From contig CM022665.1 in the NCBI GenBank assembly GCA_012295275.1, positions 1,178,001 through 1,242,000 of the forward strand: a stretch of DNA of 64,000 bases, written 5' to 3'. Positions 40,422 through 54,228 of this stretch are shown here, one piece after another. The notes beneath the pieces were generated by a model, which was given only the letters and a program-made list of their open reading frames with translations, did not search any database and was not told the origin of the DNA. This DNA is from Chrysomallon squamiferum (taxonomy: Eukaryota > Animalia > Mollusca). Made by a program: the position numbers and the translations under genes. The stretch's first letter is position 1, and the number at the start of each line of letters is the position of its first letter.

Positions 40422-40757
40422 CTAATAACCACAAAGATGGACGTTCTCTAGTTTAACGGGATCGATCCCCATAACACTTGCAATACTTCTCATGAAATAC
40501 TTGTTCACCTCGTTCATGGTATCCCAGCGACATTTTGCACACGAACAATTACAGTGAGGCCAAGGACATTCGTCAAGAAGATGGTGGCGACAACTAGATT
40601 TAGCAGCTCTTCTGTCACGATTTTTCTTACCTCTTCGACCTTGGAAATATATACATTTTAAAATTTAATTATGAAATGACTTTTATTTTTGTGACCCGTA
40701 CGCTTATTTGTTTTTAGTTTTATTTATTTATTTTTTTTTTTATTTATTATAATTATA

Positions 40758-40823
<66 letters not shown>

Positions 40824-41400
40824 TTGATATCAAATACAAAATAAGTAACCCAGAAGAATGTCATTTTCAGAAAGTAAAGAAGAGGGACATTTTTTATTAA
40901 CTATTAACTCAGTGGATGAATTTAGTGAAATAATGAGATTAATAATAATAATAATAGATCAGTTTAGTAATATTAATAGTAACCAAATAACGATTATAAT
41001 GATAATAGTTAGAATAAAAACCTCTGTTCTTTTTTCTGTTCCTTCTTCGTTTCCGCTTTCCTTTCTGACGTCTGCGATTACTAGCTGGCGGCTCATCAGA
41101 AAGAGGCTTGTCGCTACGGTTTAAAGATGATGCACTGTTAGCTCTCAAATGAAAAAAACAAAAACTAAGTCAAAATCTGCTTCAGCTAGATTGCATCGCA
41201 TACACGCAGTAATTATGCTGGGTTATTTGAGTGAATCATATTTTAGACTTTATTTTAGAAATGATTGAAGTGATGTATTATGATACTTGCTCTTGATGTT
41301 GTTTATACATTATTACCGAACAGAAAGAAAAAATTAATATTTACAAAGAACATACATACCAACAATAACTATCTATATCTATAGCGTTTAATACATACAG

Positions 41401-41464
<64 letters not shown>

Positions 41465-41740
41465 CAAACATACACATACGCTACAGATATAGATAGTTAT
41501 TGTTGGTATGTATGTTCTTTGTAAATATTTTTTTCTTTCTGTTCAGTAATAATGTATAAACAACATCAAGAGCACGTATCATAATACATCACTTCAATCA
41601 TTTCTAGACGAAATTATTTTCATTATAAAGAAAGAAAAATAATAAGTCATCTAAAATTGAGAACATACACAGACTGTACCCTTGGATCAGATAATAATTT
41701 TTGAATTATGAGATAAACTTAAGACATTAATAGACAGAAG

Positions 41741-41771
<31 letters not shown>

Positions 41772-41953
41772 AAGAAACCACCCAGCAACAGTGAAGTAAT
41801 CATATGAAATAATTACATAATAAAGATAAATTGTGTAACGAGTTCAAAATGGCGTCATTCGTTAATTCAATACCCAACAAGAAGAAAACGTGTGGGTGGC
41901 ACTTTAATTTAAAAAGGATCGGTCCTGCATATTGGCATCATATATAAATATAT

Positions 41954-42013
<60 letters not shown>

Positions 42014-43212
42014 CTGTCAAATATGTCGCTTTGTTTTATGTATGTAGTTTCTGAAAGACAAAATGCAATGACTTTTTATTTTCATTCATTCCCCTTTTTA
42101 AATTTATTTACTTAGTATGAATCTCAATATGACGTATAAAAAACAAGGTAAAACAGACTTCATGAGAACTGTAATACTTTTTTGGTTTAAGTAATTACAT
42201 CCACATTTAGAACTACTAATAACAGAGCCACTGCTGTTCGTGTTTCTATTTATGCTACTACTACTAAGTACTATTAATGCTGCTATTAAAGCTACTGATA
42301 TTTCTATGTCTAATGTTCCTTCTACTATTTTACACGAAAGAGAGAGTTTATGGGATATGAATACCTGTTTGTGTTGAAAAGATTATGATGACATGCAGTG
42401 TTTGTTTCGCTGCTTTCTTCCCAACAATACAATGACTGAGCCAGAGTCACACCCTGTATCTTTAATTTGTACCACTCACTGAAATAAGAAATAAGGATTG
42501 TCATTGAAAATAACAGGAATATCATTTATATTATCACGAGCCTCTTATAAAACAATAGGAACAATCTTATATACAATGGTAATATTTATAATTATATAAA
42601 TAACACAATTATCCACGTAATATAATATAAATATCTATACAGGTAACAACAGATCTAATTAAAAACAGGAATAATTTATTTGGAATGAAATAAGTAATGA
42701 ACATTTTAAAATATATTCTTTATCCAGGCAAATAATTTGAAATGCGTTCTGAACTATGAATATATATTTTTTAAGTATTATTATTAATCAAAATGTGTTA
42801 TGAATAACATTTACTTATCACGATGTCACATTTCTTAAAAATACTGATAATGACGACATGACGTCATTATTGAAGAAATTGTTACAGTAATATCAAATAT
42901 AAGAGAATCAGAAATCAGTGGGGTTTTGGGTTATGTATAACGCTGCTTTATATTTTTTTTTATGTTGAGCTAAAAGTAGCATGTTAAATAGTTATAATTA
43001 CCTTTCTGTTAAAACATCATGTGACACACAAGCTGGTGCAAAAACGGCTCTGTAAATATAACAGCAGAGAATTTATGACAACGGAACTTTGTTATTATAA
43101 CTAGAAAAGATAGCATTTCGTAATTTATATCAATACGTTTATGTGTATCTATAAATGTACATATATATATATACATACATACATATATATATATGTATAC
43201 ACACACACACAC

Positions 43213-43250
<38 letters not shown>

Positions 43251-46200
43251 GAATATTTTAGGCTGAGTTATCAAACAAGTTATACGTCGAAATTACATGT
43301 CTGCCAGGTTACACAGATATCGTTTATTAAGAAACGGTGGTTGTAGAAGAAAAGAAATGAGGTGAAAATTTGATAAGGAACACAGAAAGAGAATAGATTT
43401 TAATGGATTATATATCTACTTTCAGTTTTCCATAGTATGATCTTCTTCAAAAAGGGAAAAGAATATATGTATACATATGTATGCATGTTTTTTAAATTAG
43501 AATGCGAAATTTTTTAATAATCATAAATCTGTATTTAAAACGAGTCCAATATGAATACAATTCCCTTTTTAACAGTGTTCTTTCTGTTATTACTACAACT
43601 ACTAGTCTTTCAACTAGCCTTCTGCTACTACTATTATTACTGCTATTATTATTGTTAAAATTACTATTATTACTACTATCGCAACTATTACAATTTCTAT
43701 TACTGAGGCTAACAACGCCACAACTACTATTACTTCAAATAATAATAATTATTATTATAATTATGCAACCTACGATGCATTTTGCAAGGTTTGTTTTACT
43801 TCCTCTCCTAGTTTCAGCAGATACGACCACTGGGCTCCAGACAGTTCAGTCCCTCGTCTTTTCTCGTCAAACACGTTGTCCACTTTGATCTGAGCTGCAT
43901 CATACAGATTTTGCAGAATGAAAATCGGTGCTAAAAATAAGAAAATTAGGCTGTTGAGTTTTATAAACATTTTATCTCTAATCCAAATTAAATTTATTTC
44001 AGAATTACATTTGATGCATATTTGATATTACAATTATAGTCGTTAATAATTTGGAAACCTCTTTTGTTTTCGTGTAAAGTTAAGTGACAATTGATAAGAT
44101 AACGTTAGTTATACATGTCATAATTATGTCTGCATGTAGACATTGATGTATTACATTTCTTAGTCTCTATTCAGTTAGTAATAAAATAATTATGGTTCCA
44201 GACGAATAAATAAGTGTAATTAAAAACCTTACTTGTTGTCTATGTGCATGTGTTTATGTCTCTCTCTCTTTTTCTTTTTAAAGTGACTACAATTACGTAT
44301 CTTTTTATATCTGTCAAAATATATCAGTCGTGCTTATATACGTACATAAATAATAAAAATGATTATATTACATCTATTAATGAGATCAGTCCGATCCATT
44401 TATAACATGAAATTATAATACATTTTAAGAACAAAACTGACTGACTTTTGAGATGAGGATATATCCTGTGACCAAAGTAACATCTCCATATTTCTGTAGG
44501 ATATTGTGCGACGCAGTCAGGAGGTAACCTTGGAGACCAGTAACTGGAAGCAGAACAATTTATAAATTTGTAATTGAATACGGAATGTGTTAATATTAAT
44601 TAGTAATTTTTATATTCATAACAAATACATGTAGAATACTTTTATGGTGTATCTCTAGGAGAGTATATGTTTGAATTTCTGGATTTGCTGCGTCGTATAA
44701 TAGTTAGGGTACATGATACAAAGTCAGAAACGTTTATCCACGTTTGTCAATAGCTACATTACTGACGTCCAAACTGCCACGATCGTGGCATTCTGATATC
44801 AGTTTGTCTCCGTTCTACCAGTTCCATGGTCTTTTAAACTGTTTGTCATCCATTCTAAACAATTTTACGGTATTCTATATATCCTACACACTGGTCAATT
44901 TGTTATAATATCAAATTAATTTGTATCTATGTATGTATACATATATATAAAATATAAATATATATATATTTATATATATATATATATATAAAGATAACAT
45001 ACTCAATGCCCTTGTTTATTCCAAGAGTTGGAGAACAAGAGAAGGCATTTGTACATGATTGTAGTTTATAAGGTTCGTTGTCAAGAAACCATCCAGCATC
45101 TACGACACCTCGAACCTCTACACCGGGAGCTCGCATACGTACAACATCGGCGATTCTGTCTAGATTTATCAGTACTCCAATACCTCCAGCGCTGAAACAT
45201 AAATAATGTTATAAAGTAACAACAAATTTAAATCCAAGACCTCTTTATTTTGATGATTACTTTTGTCCGCTCTGACCTTTTATACACCATTCTTAATTTT
45301 CTATTATAACATTATTTTAAACATACTTCCAAGTAGGATTAGATAGTTTATAACAAACTGTCAGAAAGATTCAACGTACCTGCTTCCTAGCAGCAGCAGC
45401 TTCTGCGCGTTCCTAAGACCTTTTCGCATGAGTTCTTTGATAACCTCTTCGAGAATCAAAGATCCCACGAACGAAAAATCTTCTACAATAACATAAAAAA
45501 AATTATACTATATTATTTTTCACATTTACTATCAATACATTCTATTAGTGTTTCATGTGAAAATAAGGAATCTTATTTTAATACTATTCCTCATGATACA
45601 CTGTATCTGCTGCCACATTAAAATTAAAGATATCACCATTGTGATGTGTTCGGGATATAAAATAAAAGATATAGCTATTATCTTGAGGTCAGAATGAAAT
45701 ATAGAAAAGTCTGAAAAGTAATTACCTCTTGATGAAGCATTTCTTGTTCCACTCCAAGAATCACTTGAACAATATGGTATTATTCTGCAGTTAAGAACAA
45801 TAAATTAATCATCTTCATCACCATCTCTGTCATCATCATCATCATCATTATCCAAGGTCATAAAATGTTTTTAAAATTAACGAAATAGTAACAAAAATAC
45901 ATTTTTAATATATCATTAAGTATCTCGAGTTTGAAATTGTTCTAGTGTTGAAACTTTGTTGTAAATGTATTTATACATAATTGTTATGCAGTGATAATTA
46001 TTTTTAAAAATAAACGTACACCATATTAGCGTGGAAGTAATAAGGATTTTCCTCCGGGTCCCACGACATAATTCCCGAACCTGAAATAAAAACACAAAAA
46101 AAAAAAAAAAAAAAATTAAAACTTAAAAAATATCAGCCAACACAGTAGGAAATAGTGGATATCAAATATAATGTCATTTCTCACAATTATCAAATTATCT

Positions 46201-48251
46201 TGTGTAATTAATAATAAATAAATACAAATGAGCTTTATATGCTGTTTAGGAGTTTCTTAGCATTTCATTTCGCTTTGTTTCTTTGCATTTATTTTTCTGT
46301 CACCTTTTTTATTTTAGAAATTTTTTATGATAATGGTGATTGGGACAACATTTTTCGGTATTAATGTTACAAATTAATGTTTAACTATAGAAAAAAAAAT
46401 CTTTAAAAATTAGAAGTATCTAAATAAAATTTGGCTTGACACTGATATATTTTACTGGCATAAAATAATATCTTAGTTGATGGGTTAATTTTTGTTTCCT
46501 TTGATTAAGTTTCGTTCCTGACATTATTATTAACATATATATAGATATGTAAATAGGTCTATATATATACATATATACATATAAAGACAGAACATCAAAG
46601 GAAAAGCGCAAATATCCTCATTAACCATTGTAAATAAGTTCTAACTTTGTTGTTGGACTCGCTGGTTGGAAAGAAAAGCTCCAATTGGCTGGAAATGTGT
46701 CATGTGACTAGTAGCAGTTAAGATGATTGGCAAGCCAAAGGAATGTTATCCGACAAGTCGTTATTAATCAAAGGCACGTGCGCACGATGCTAAGCTATCG
46801 TGAAAGCCCGCGGATGTGTTTATCCGTGTGGGGATAATCGTGTTTCCAAGTATTTGTTAAACATTAAAACATGTTCACGCATTTCAAACGCCGCCGAAAT
46901 AAACAATGACTTGAAAGTGTTTTCTTGTACGTCTGTCCGCTTTAAGCGCGCAGATAAAGAGGTCGGGAACCGATATTCGTACTAAGAGTAAGACTGAAAT
47001 GGCTGCTCTTTCGGGAGTACAAAATTATAAGAGAAAAAGAGAGATACACTGCATCATTAGATTATTAATATTTACTAATATTTATTAATATTTACCCTCA
47101 GTTTTCACTGGCATAATTATTGTCCAAAATCTTGTGATTCCAAAGTACTTAAGTAATGACAATCCGTAGAAATAAAACTTAACGTAAGACCCATAACTTT
47201 ACAATGATTTATTTCCTTGTGACAGCTCTTCTCTACTGCAGTCATTTAGCATGGCTATTTTTTTTTTCTTTCATGAATTTCCTTGTTTGTAATCTGTATT
47301 TATTATTATTATTATTCATTTTTATTGTTGTTGTTCTCTTTATTTATAACTATTTTCGTGCAATGTTACAAAGATAAAAAAATTGTAATTATCTAATGAT
47401 AAGTAATAATTATTCTGTCTAATGAGATAAAGAGACGAACTGTCTTGTTCTCTGTGTCTTTGAGTACAAGAGAAGGGGGAAAAAAGAATCTGTTCCATGT
47501 TAAAACTGATTTCTGGGGATTTTCTTTCTTTCTTTCTTTTAAAAGGGTAAATTTACATTGATTCAAAACAGGTTTGGCAAGTGTCTGTATTTTTTATCAC
47601 CAAACCTATCAAAGCATCATCGGTTTATTGGATAATTAAACAGGTTGCGCATTAATAACCGTTTAAGATATTGAGTTACCTTTTCTGTGACGAGGCCACT
47701 TCCGGGAGCTCATATATTCGTTCATCATTCGAAATCTTTCCCTGCAGCTGCTTTTATCGAAACAGTACCAACCGCCTGAAGAAAGAAACGAAACGAAATA
47801 GTTATAGTTGGTTATTAGACTAATCTGTATGAACTTCCTGGCATCTTTGTTTATCTACTTCAAAGCGACGTATAACAATTAAGCAGACGCGATGTACACG
47901 CTGCCTGGTATTCCAGACTGGGAGTTGATTCTTCTCCCGTCTTCAAAGTTGAGTTCTTTTGCCAACAGCATTGTTTATTAATCCATTAATGGTGCAAATT
48001 CAAACTGCATGCTTAACCTTTCATTCGTAAGAGATCAAAGGCATTATAAGGTGGCTGAGCCAAAATAACGGAATAGACAGACGTGAAACATAATTGTAAT
48101 AACTTTTTGAGAGATCGGTATCGTGCCGTGTTTTAGTCTTACCTTCCAGAAACACCAGCCATTTGCTACTCCCGTGTGATTTGCGTATGTAGTAACTAAA
48201 AGAACAAAGAAACAAAATGCTTATCATCAAAGGAATAATAATAATAGTAAA

Positions 48252-48300
<49 letters not shown>

Positions 48301-51300
48301 TAATAGTAATAACTGCTAGCACCATTGACTCATGTACTTTTTACAGTTGCTTTTCTTTTCTATTATTTTTTAACAAATGTTCTTTCCAACAAAACATTAA
48401 CCCTTTTAGGGATCGACTTGGTAGAGAAAAAACACAGATTACCAATAAGTTTATAAATTAACAGCTGATAAATGTTTCTGACTTGCTATAAGAACTAATT
48501 ACGAAAAGTCACAGAGTCAGTGTTAAAGTTTCAGAAGTTATAAATATTCATTTCCAATTAATTTCATAGACGGACGTGCTAAACACGGAGCTAATAACAA
48601 GCATGTTAGAATTATAGAATTAGCTGTACATGGCGTGCAGGGACAAAGCAATAACAAAAAAAAAACCAGCCGCATATTGTAAATGTAGACAAAACTACAG
48701 CTGTTAAGTTTATACATACATACATACATACATACATAAGTACATACATACATACATAAGAACATACATACATACATACATACATACATACATACATACA
48801 TACATACATACATACATACATACATACATACATACATACATACATACATACATACATACATACATACATACATACATACATACATACATACATACATACA
48901 TACATACATACATAAGTACATACATACACACATACATACATACATACATAAATACATACAATAAATCTCTGAGACAAAGCGACTTGAAAACAAAATCTAC
49001 CTGTGAACTAACACTTAAGAAGCTACACAAACAGTGCAACCTTTTACACTCCCACCAGCCTGGAAGTACGTTGTCTCCTCTGTAGTACTGGTTGTTCAAG
49101 CAAGTCAGTGTACAAGTGTAAACATATTTGTTGTGCCTTTGATATTTAAATGAACACAACAAGCTATGAAATGATCAATAGCCTTAGTTGTTTGTAGATT
49201 TAATATACATATATGTATGTATGCATAGACGCATATATACACAGAGAGGAGATTCTACTCACTCCTAAGTTTTACCGTCCATCTAAATATTGCTAAAATT
49301 GGTTGGACTGAGTTTATCTATTTGTGTGATAAGCAGTTAGAGTTTTGCTCACTGAGATTTCTCAATTTGTTTTTTGTCTTACATCCATAATGATATGGAC
49401 ACACTAAACACTGTGAAATTCGGAGATTGGTTTTTATATTTATTTTTATTTTATTTTATTATTATTATTTTTTTTCTTTATCGTATTTCTTCAAGTTAAA
49501 ACAGATTAATTTATAAGTTCCGTGCTCAGAGTGTTATAAGAATTTTAGTTTTTTATTACAATTAACCGTCCTACCCCACCCCAAGCAGCTCCTGGCAGCA
49601 AACATTTTCAACAGGTTTTACTGTTGTTAGATATGGATATATCATGTGACCTATGAACACTTGTTTTCCTTTATGGAAAGTTAGGCACAAACGATCTCTT
49701 GCTTCTAATCAGTGTAAGAAACCCGCAGTGTAATAGCAGCGGGTTTTGTCTGGCATCATCGTAACACCAATAACAAAAAATAACACCTGTTTGACACCTA
49801 ATAACCGTTAATATAAAAATGTGGTCAAGTGTCGTTAACCAAATATTCATTCAAGCATTCCACTGATCAACACAATTTCATGTTAAAGCTCTAGCACTGA
49901 AATACAGAGCAAAGAATCAACAGAAAATGTGCGGTGGGCTGTTTAACCATGTGTTCAGTACCAGCAGGTGCGATACCTTCATCTCACTCCTTGGTGCAGC
50001 GTTTAACAGCAGGTCCATGTTTTTTCCTTTAACGATGATAACCGTGTTACAAGTGCAAAATAAAACCGTGATTTTTTTTTCTTTAACGATGATAACCGTA
50101 TTACAAGTGCAGAATTTAACCCCAAAATGTTTTCTTTTTTCTTTAACTTTGATAATCGTAGAACCTGATCCCAGTAGGTTTTTATTCAAGCTGTTGTTGC
50201 TCTCGGATTCAGAAACGCATGTTATATTAAATCGCTAAGGTAATGTTCAAAAGTATTTCCAATGTCTCATACCTGTTCTTATCAACTTTGGATCATCTCT
50301 TTCAAGAGTTTCTAAATTTGCAAATATAAGTAGGTTTTTCCTTTTAGCTAGAAATATAATTAAAAGAGCATTAAAATTATCTTTAAAAAAATATTTAATA
50401 ATAAAAAAAAATCACGCTAGCGCACGCACACACACAAAATATTTACACAACAGATAACTATCCAAACCCATCTACCACATACTGTTATTATCAGCTCCGC
50501 TGACAAACAATTTCAACAGATATTAGTCTCGTTAGATCTCTTAACGAGAGTTAGAAAGACAAAATATCAACCATCTGTGAAACAATGAAGATGAAAAGAC
50601 ATTTTTTTTTTTTTTTTTTTTTTTTATCGCTTTCTAATGATTTACCGACGATTCTTATAAGTTCTAAGAGAGAGAGAGAGCACGAATGAAACAGTTTCAC
50701 GATAAGCTACTTTCTTTCCTTGTTTTATTTGTTCTAATATTTTTTTCTCGTTTTTCGTTTCGTTAAATTACAAGTTTTCCCGCAATAAACAAAAGGTAGA
50801 AGCTTATGGAATAAGCGGGTTCTGTTTTGCAGATAACTAGAACTGTCTGATACCGAATAACTATTAATACAGAATGTGTTCATCAAACATTTCTTTTTAT
50901 AAATATATGTACAACAGTATAGTAACATGCTTCTGTTGTTACTGTTACTTTATGCTGATTAAAAATAATATGATTATGACAGTTATAATACTGTTCTCGA
51001 GTGAAGATATGTTTTTCTAAAAAGATCCATAAAGGCGAGTGGATTCGCCGCTGCAAGTATTACCTCTGTACGTTAAATGTCTGACGACTACTGTAAACGA
51101 GTTTAACAAAAGCTCGTGTTAATCACAGTATGTATTAAAGCCAACAGAATCGTTTGAAGTTATTTTTGGGTGAACGTTATTTTGATCTGCGTTACAAGTG
51201 GATTCATAATGAAGCTTGATCAATCAGCAATTGGGGTTTAGAAAATACTATTAGCATATGAGAAACTGCGACTTTTCTCAGAAACACTTTGATCTTTACA

Positions 51301-52187
51301 ATCAAATAAAAAAAAAATAATTTAAAGTTGTTTTTGTGAAAGCACCTACTGTGTTGTCTCGGATTAATGGATTTTTAGTCCAGTTTCTAAAAGAAATGGC
51401 TTTTTGACACGAATTTCAAGATAATATCCCTTACAGGTCCGTGTGAATTGATTTTCATCAAAGAACCCAAGAAACGAAATAAGTACAAAATAGTGAATGT
51501 GTTATTTTCTAATAAGCGTTTTCTTTTTTCCTTGTGCGGCATTTGTTCAAACATATAGGTATACACAACACAACGTGACAACTTGTTCTTTTTAACTTCT
51601 TTTTATCAATAAAACTCCCCAACTTGAATTAAGACTTTAATTATATTCAACAAATATATATATTTCTTTACTGTTGTTGTTGCTGCTGTTTTTATTAGGA
51701 TGGTGTTGTTTTTGTTGATACTGTTATTGACAGTGATGTCTATCTTCTGCTTACACTTTAGCATTCATACTAAAATCAGTAATACAGACCTCTGTTTTTT
51801 TTTTTTTTATATATAACTATTGTTTAAAATATTATTAAAAAGAAGAAGACATTTCACACAAGTTTTTCACATGGTATTAAATATTTGGTTAAAGGGCCGT
51901 TCAGATAGTGAAAAAAGAAATCCGCGAGCTTTTATATGCACCTTGCAACAAACAGGAAAGCAATACTACAAAAAATAAAATAAAAAATTAAATAATTATG
52001 TCGTAGGTTGCAATTGCAATACATATATATACATTTCAAAACTAGCTGATCATATTCATACAAATAAGAACACAAATACACATATAGGATTTCCCAGAAA
52101 CATACATACATACGTACCTACCCACCCGCACACCCTTGTGATTTTATATACAAAAAGATATTTGAACGTCTGAACTACTTTTCATGT

Positions 52188-52281
<94 letters not shown>

Positions 52282-54228
52282 TGCATCTCATTAGAAATAA
52301 ACAGACTTTATAATCGGCTGAATTTTATGTTAGAGATAAGAAAGACAACTTTATTGACATTTCACGATTAAATACGTAAATATTTACGTTCGTTGAGTGA
52401 TTATTATCGCATCAGTGTCATGGGTCTAAAAAAATAAGTTTTTCATCATATCAACTTCCAGTCGAGGAGCATCACAGTTTATCTAACCACGTTAGGTTCA
52501 GTTTCACGTAGTATTTTTTAAATTATATTTCAACTCAGTTGTAGAAGAAAGCAACAAAATATTTGTTTATCGATACGTCGTTATTTAATTAAATGTAGAT
52601 CTTGATGTATTTCTTCTTGTTTTTAATGTTATGCTATATATGTCTTTTTTTCTTAACTTTTTTGTTTGTTTGTTTGTTTTCTTAAATTATTTTTATTTTA
52701 TTTCATTTTATTTAGATTTTATATATAATTTTAAAGAAATTTACAAATTGACAACAATAAAAGTCGTTCACAATTTTATTATTTTTACATTCGTACGTCA
52801 TAAAAATATGTTGTTTCTGAACCACGAAATTAAGAAAAACCAATACGAAAGCCTTTTCTCAGAGTGTTTTTTTATTATTATTATTATTATTATTATATTT
52901 TATTTTATTATTTTTTTTTTATCGATAGATGAATAGCGACACTTTGTAGTTATAACCGAAAGGAAAATTAAATTAGACAAATCAATTACGGAAACGTTTC
53001 GCAAAATATCTATGTTAACAATATCAGATGTTCCATGTTGATGCGCCTTTATTTACAACAAAATAACGACATCAACAATACTAATAACAAAAACAATAAC
53101 AACAGCAGCAGCAGCAACAACAGCAACAACAACAACAGATCACTAAAACAGACGGTATATAAAACAAAACGCTTTAAATTATTATTTTTGTATTATTATT
53201 ATTTTATTATTATTAGTAGTAGTAGTAGTAAAAGGAAATTATAAAAAAGACAGAAAAAGGGAGCGCAAAAATGAGGACTTTTAAAAGAATTGTAACATTT
53301 AATAAAGCTCTAGTATCTTCTAAACTTTAGATCCTTTTTAAGTGGAATATCAAACAAATATTTTTGTGTACGGTGCTCTTAACAGAAATCTCAAAGACAT
53401 ATTATGTATTTTCATCAAAGCGTGTGATGACGTATTTCAAATTTAAGAACGGCTTATATCTTGCGTGTAACATTTTCGCGTTAACAAATAACACATAAGC
53501 GTGTTACGGTTACTTCTATTAGCATTCCAAGTACAAAGGACTAAAATATGTTTTCACGACATATTAAAATCATTTGCGCCCGAGGTTTACGTTGAGAAAC
53601 GAAAGAAAAAAGGTTAATTAAAATGGGTGAGAATGAAAAGGAAAGAAAGAAAAGAAAGTCATTTATTTAAGATTTGTTTGTAATTTGTCACTTTATCATC
53701 TAAGCAGAGATTAAACTCTCTGACTGAATACAGGTATACCGAAGTTTTCTTTATTATTATTATTATTTTAATTTTCAGTTCCATTACATGGAAATATTCC
53801 GGTATTGTTTAACACCCATAAGCACAAGTAGATCAGTGAATAAAAGGACACAACAGCTTTTAATTGTATTACACTGATATCAAAGATAAAATGAAACTGT
53901 CTCTGAAGCTGTTTGCAATAACATTGAAAAAAATACCTCTCGATAATGAAATTTATAAAATATATGCAAACCGGAAATCTTACCCTGCTGGACTTCCGTC
54001 ATTACAGCTCACAGGACTCTGACGTAGTAACTTCCTACGAAACTTTGGCTGATCCTTAATTCCGCAGCTATGCGTTGCTATGGCAATGTGACGTAACAAC
54101 AACTGTCCTTGACTTCCAAGTTCGTTGAGTTTTTTAGTGTTTAAAGAAATGTCATTTCGCCCACGGTTTGCCGGTCCAGAACTCACCAACACGAAGTATA
54201 GCCACGGCACGATATGTCCTACGTTCAT
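40422..54228 (-). CDS. NOTUM: Palmitoleoyl-protein carboxylesterase Notum (secreted Wnt deacylase, pectinacetylesterase family), ~517 aa
   Basis: 13 coding exons, all GT-AG and in phase (1554 nt): 54228-53984, 48195-48143, 47775-47680, 46080-46020, 45784-45726, 45482-45380, 45191-45003, 44543-44446, 43930-43774, 43049-43002, 42478-42365, 41134-41022, 40639-40422. Motifs: signal peptide, [41 protein letters not shown], catalytic GSSAGG, VDAGWFLD, NLYDAAQI (Asp), FAPACVSHD (His), QSLYCW and LDECPWPHCN. Confidence 0.95.
40757..40823. repeat. (ATT)n microsatellite
   Basis: Direct reading. Confidence 0.9.
41256..41606. repeat. Long inverted repeat (~130-bp arms) with a (CA)n-containing ~90-bp loop, in Notum intron 11
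   Basis: 41256-41387 is the reverse complement of 41478-41606, with ~3 substitutions and one short indel. Confidence 0.93.
41961..42011. repeat. (CA)n microsatellite
   Basis: Direct reading. Confidence 0.9.
46590..46990. promoter_or_regulatory. Candidate intronic Wnt-responsive enhancer (Notum intron 3)
   Basis: GC-richer island containing ATCAAAG (46594, 46767), TTCAAAC directly followed by Helper GCCGCCG (46883-46896), E-boxes CATGTG/CACGTG and CCAAT-type boxes. Confidence 0.5.
48712..48960. repeat. (TACA)n microsatellite, ~250 bp
   Basis: Direct reading; source of the MYVC-repeat ORFs. Confidence 0.95.
49690..49860 (+). mobile_element. Possible degenerate SINE 3' fragment
   Basis: GATCTCTTGCTTCTAATC...CAGCGGGTTT...TAACCGTTAATATAAAAATGTG...GTGTCGTTAACCAAATATTCATTC resembles a gastropod-type SINE tail as I recall it; not database-verified. 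Confidence 0.35.
50020..50160. repeat. Imperfect tandem repeat, ~54-60-bp unit, ~2.5 copies
   Basis: CTTTAACGATGATAACCGT(G/A)TTACAAGTGCA occurs twice, plus a partial third copy. Confidence 0.8.
51865..51970 (-). mobile_element. Possible degenerate SINE fragment (opposite orientation to 49690-49860)
   Basis: TGGTTAAAGGGCC..CAGATAGTGA...GAAATCCGC...CTTTTATATGCACC...ACAGGAAAGCA resembles the reverse strand of the same recalled family; not verified. Confidence 0.3.
52190..52278. repeat. (CT)n microsatellite
   Basis: Direct reading. Confidence 0.95.

Noticed and set aside
40365-40424. Stop-codon readthrough of Notum
   Set aside because: The TAG-T context is not a leaky one, and the next in-frame stop follows within ~18 codons
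40625-40639. Strong donor-like AG|GTAAGA 9 nt into the last Notum exon (possible 9-nt microexon)
   Set aside because: Using it would delete the conserved CPWPHC block, and I found no downstream acceptor or exon
48538-49162. ORFs with MYVC repeats (151, 121 and 150 aa)
   Set aside because: Translations of a (TACA)n microsatellite
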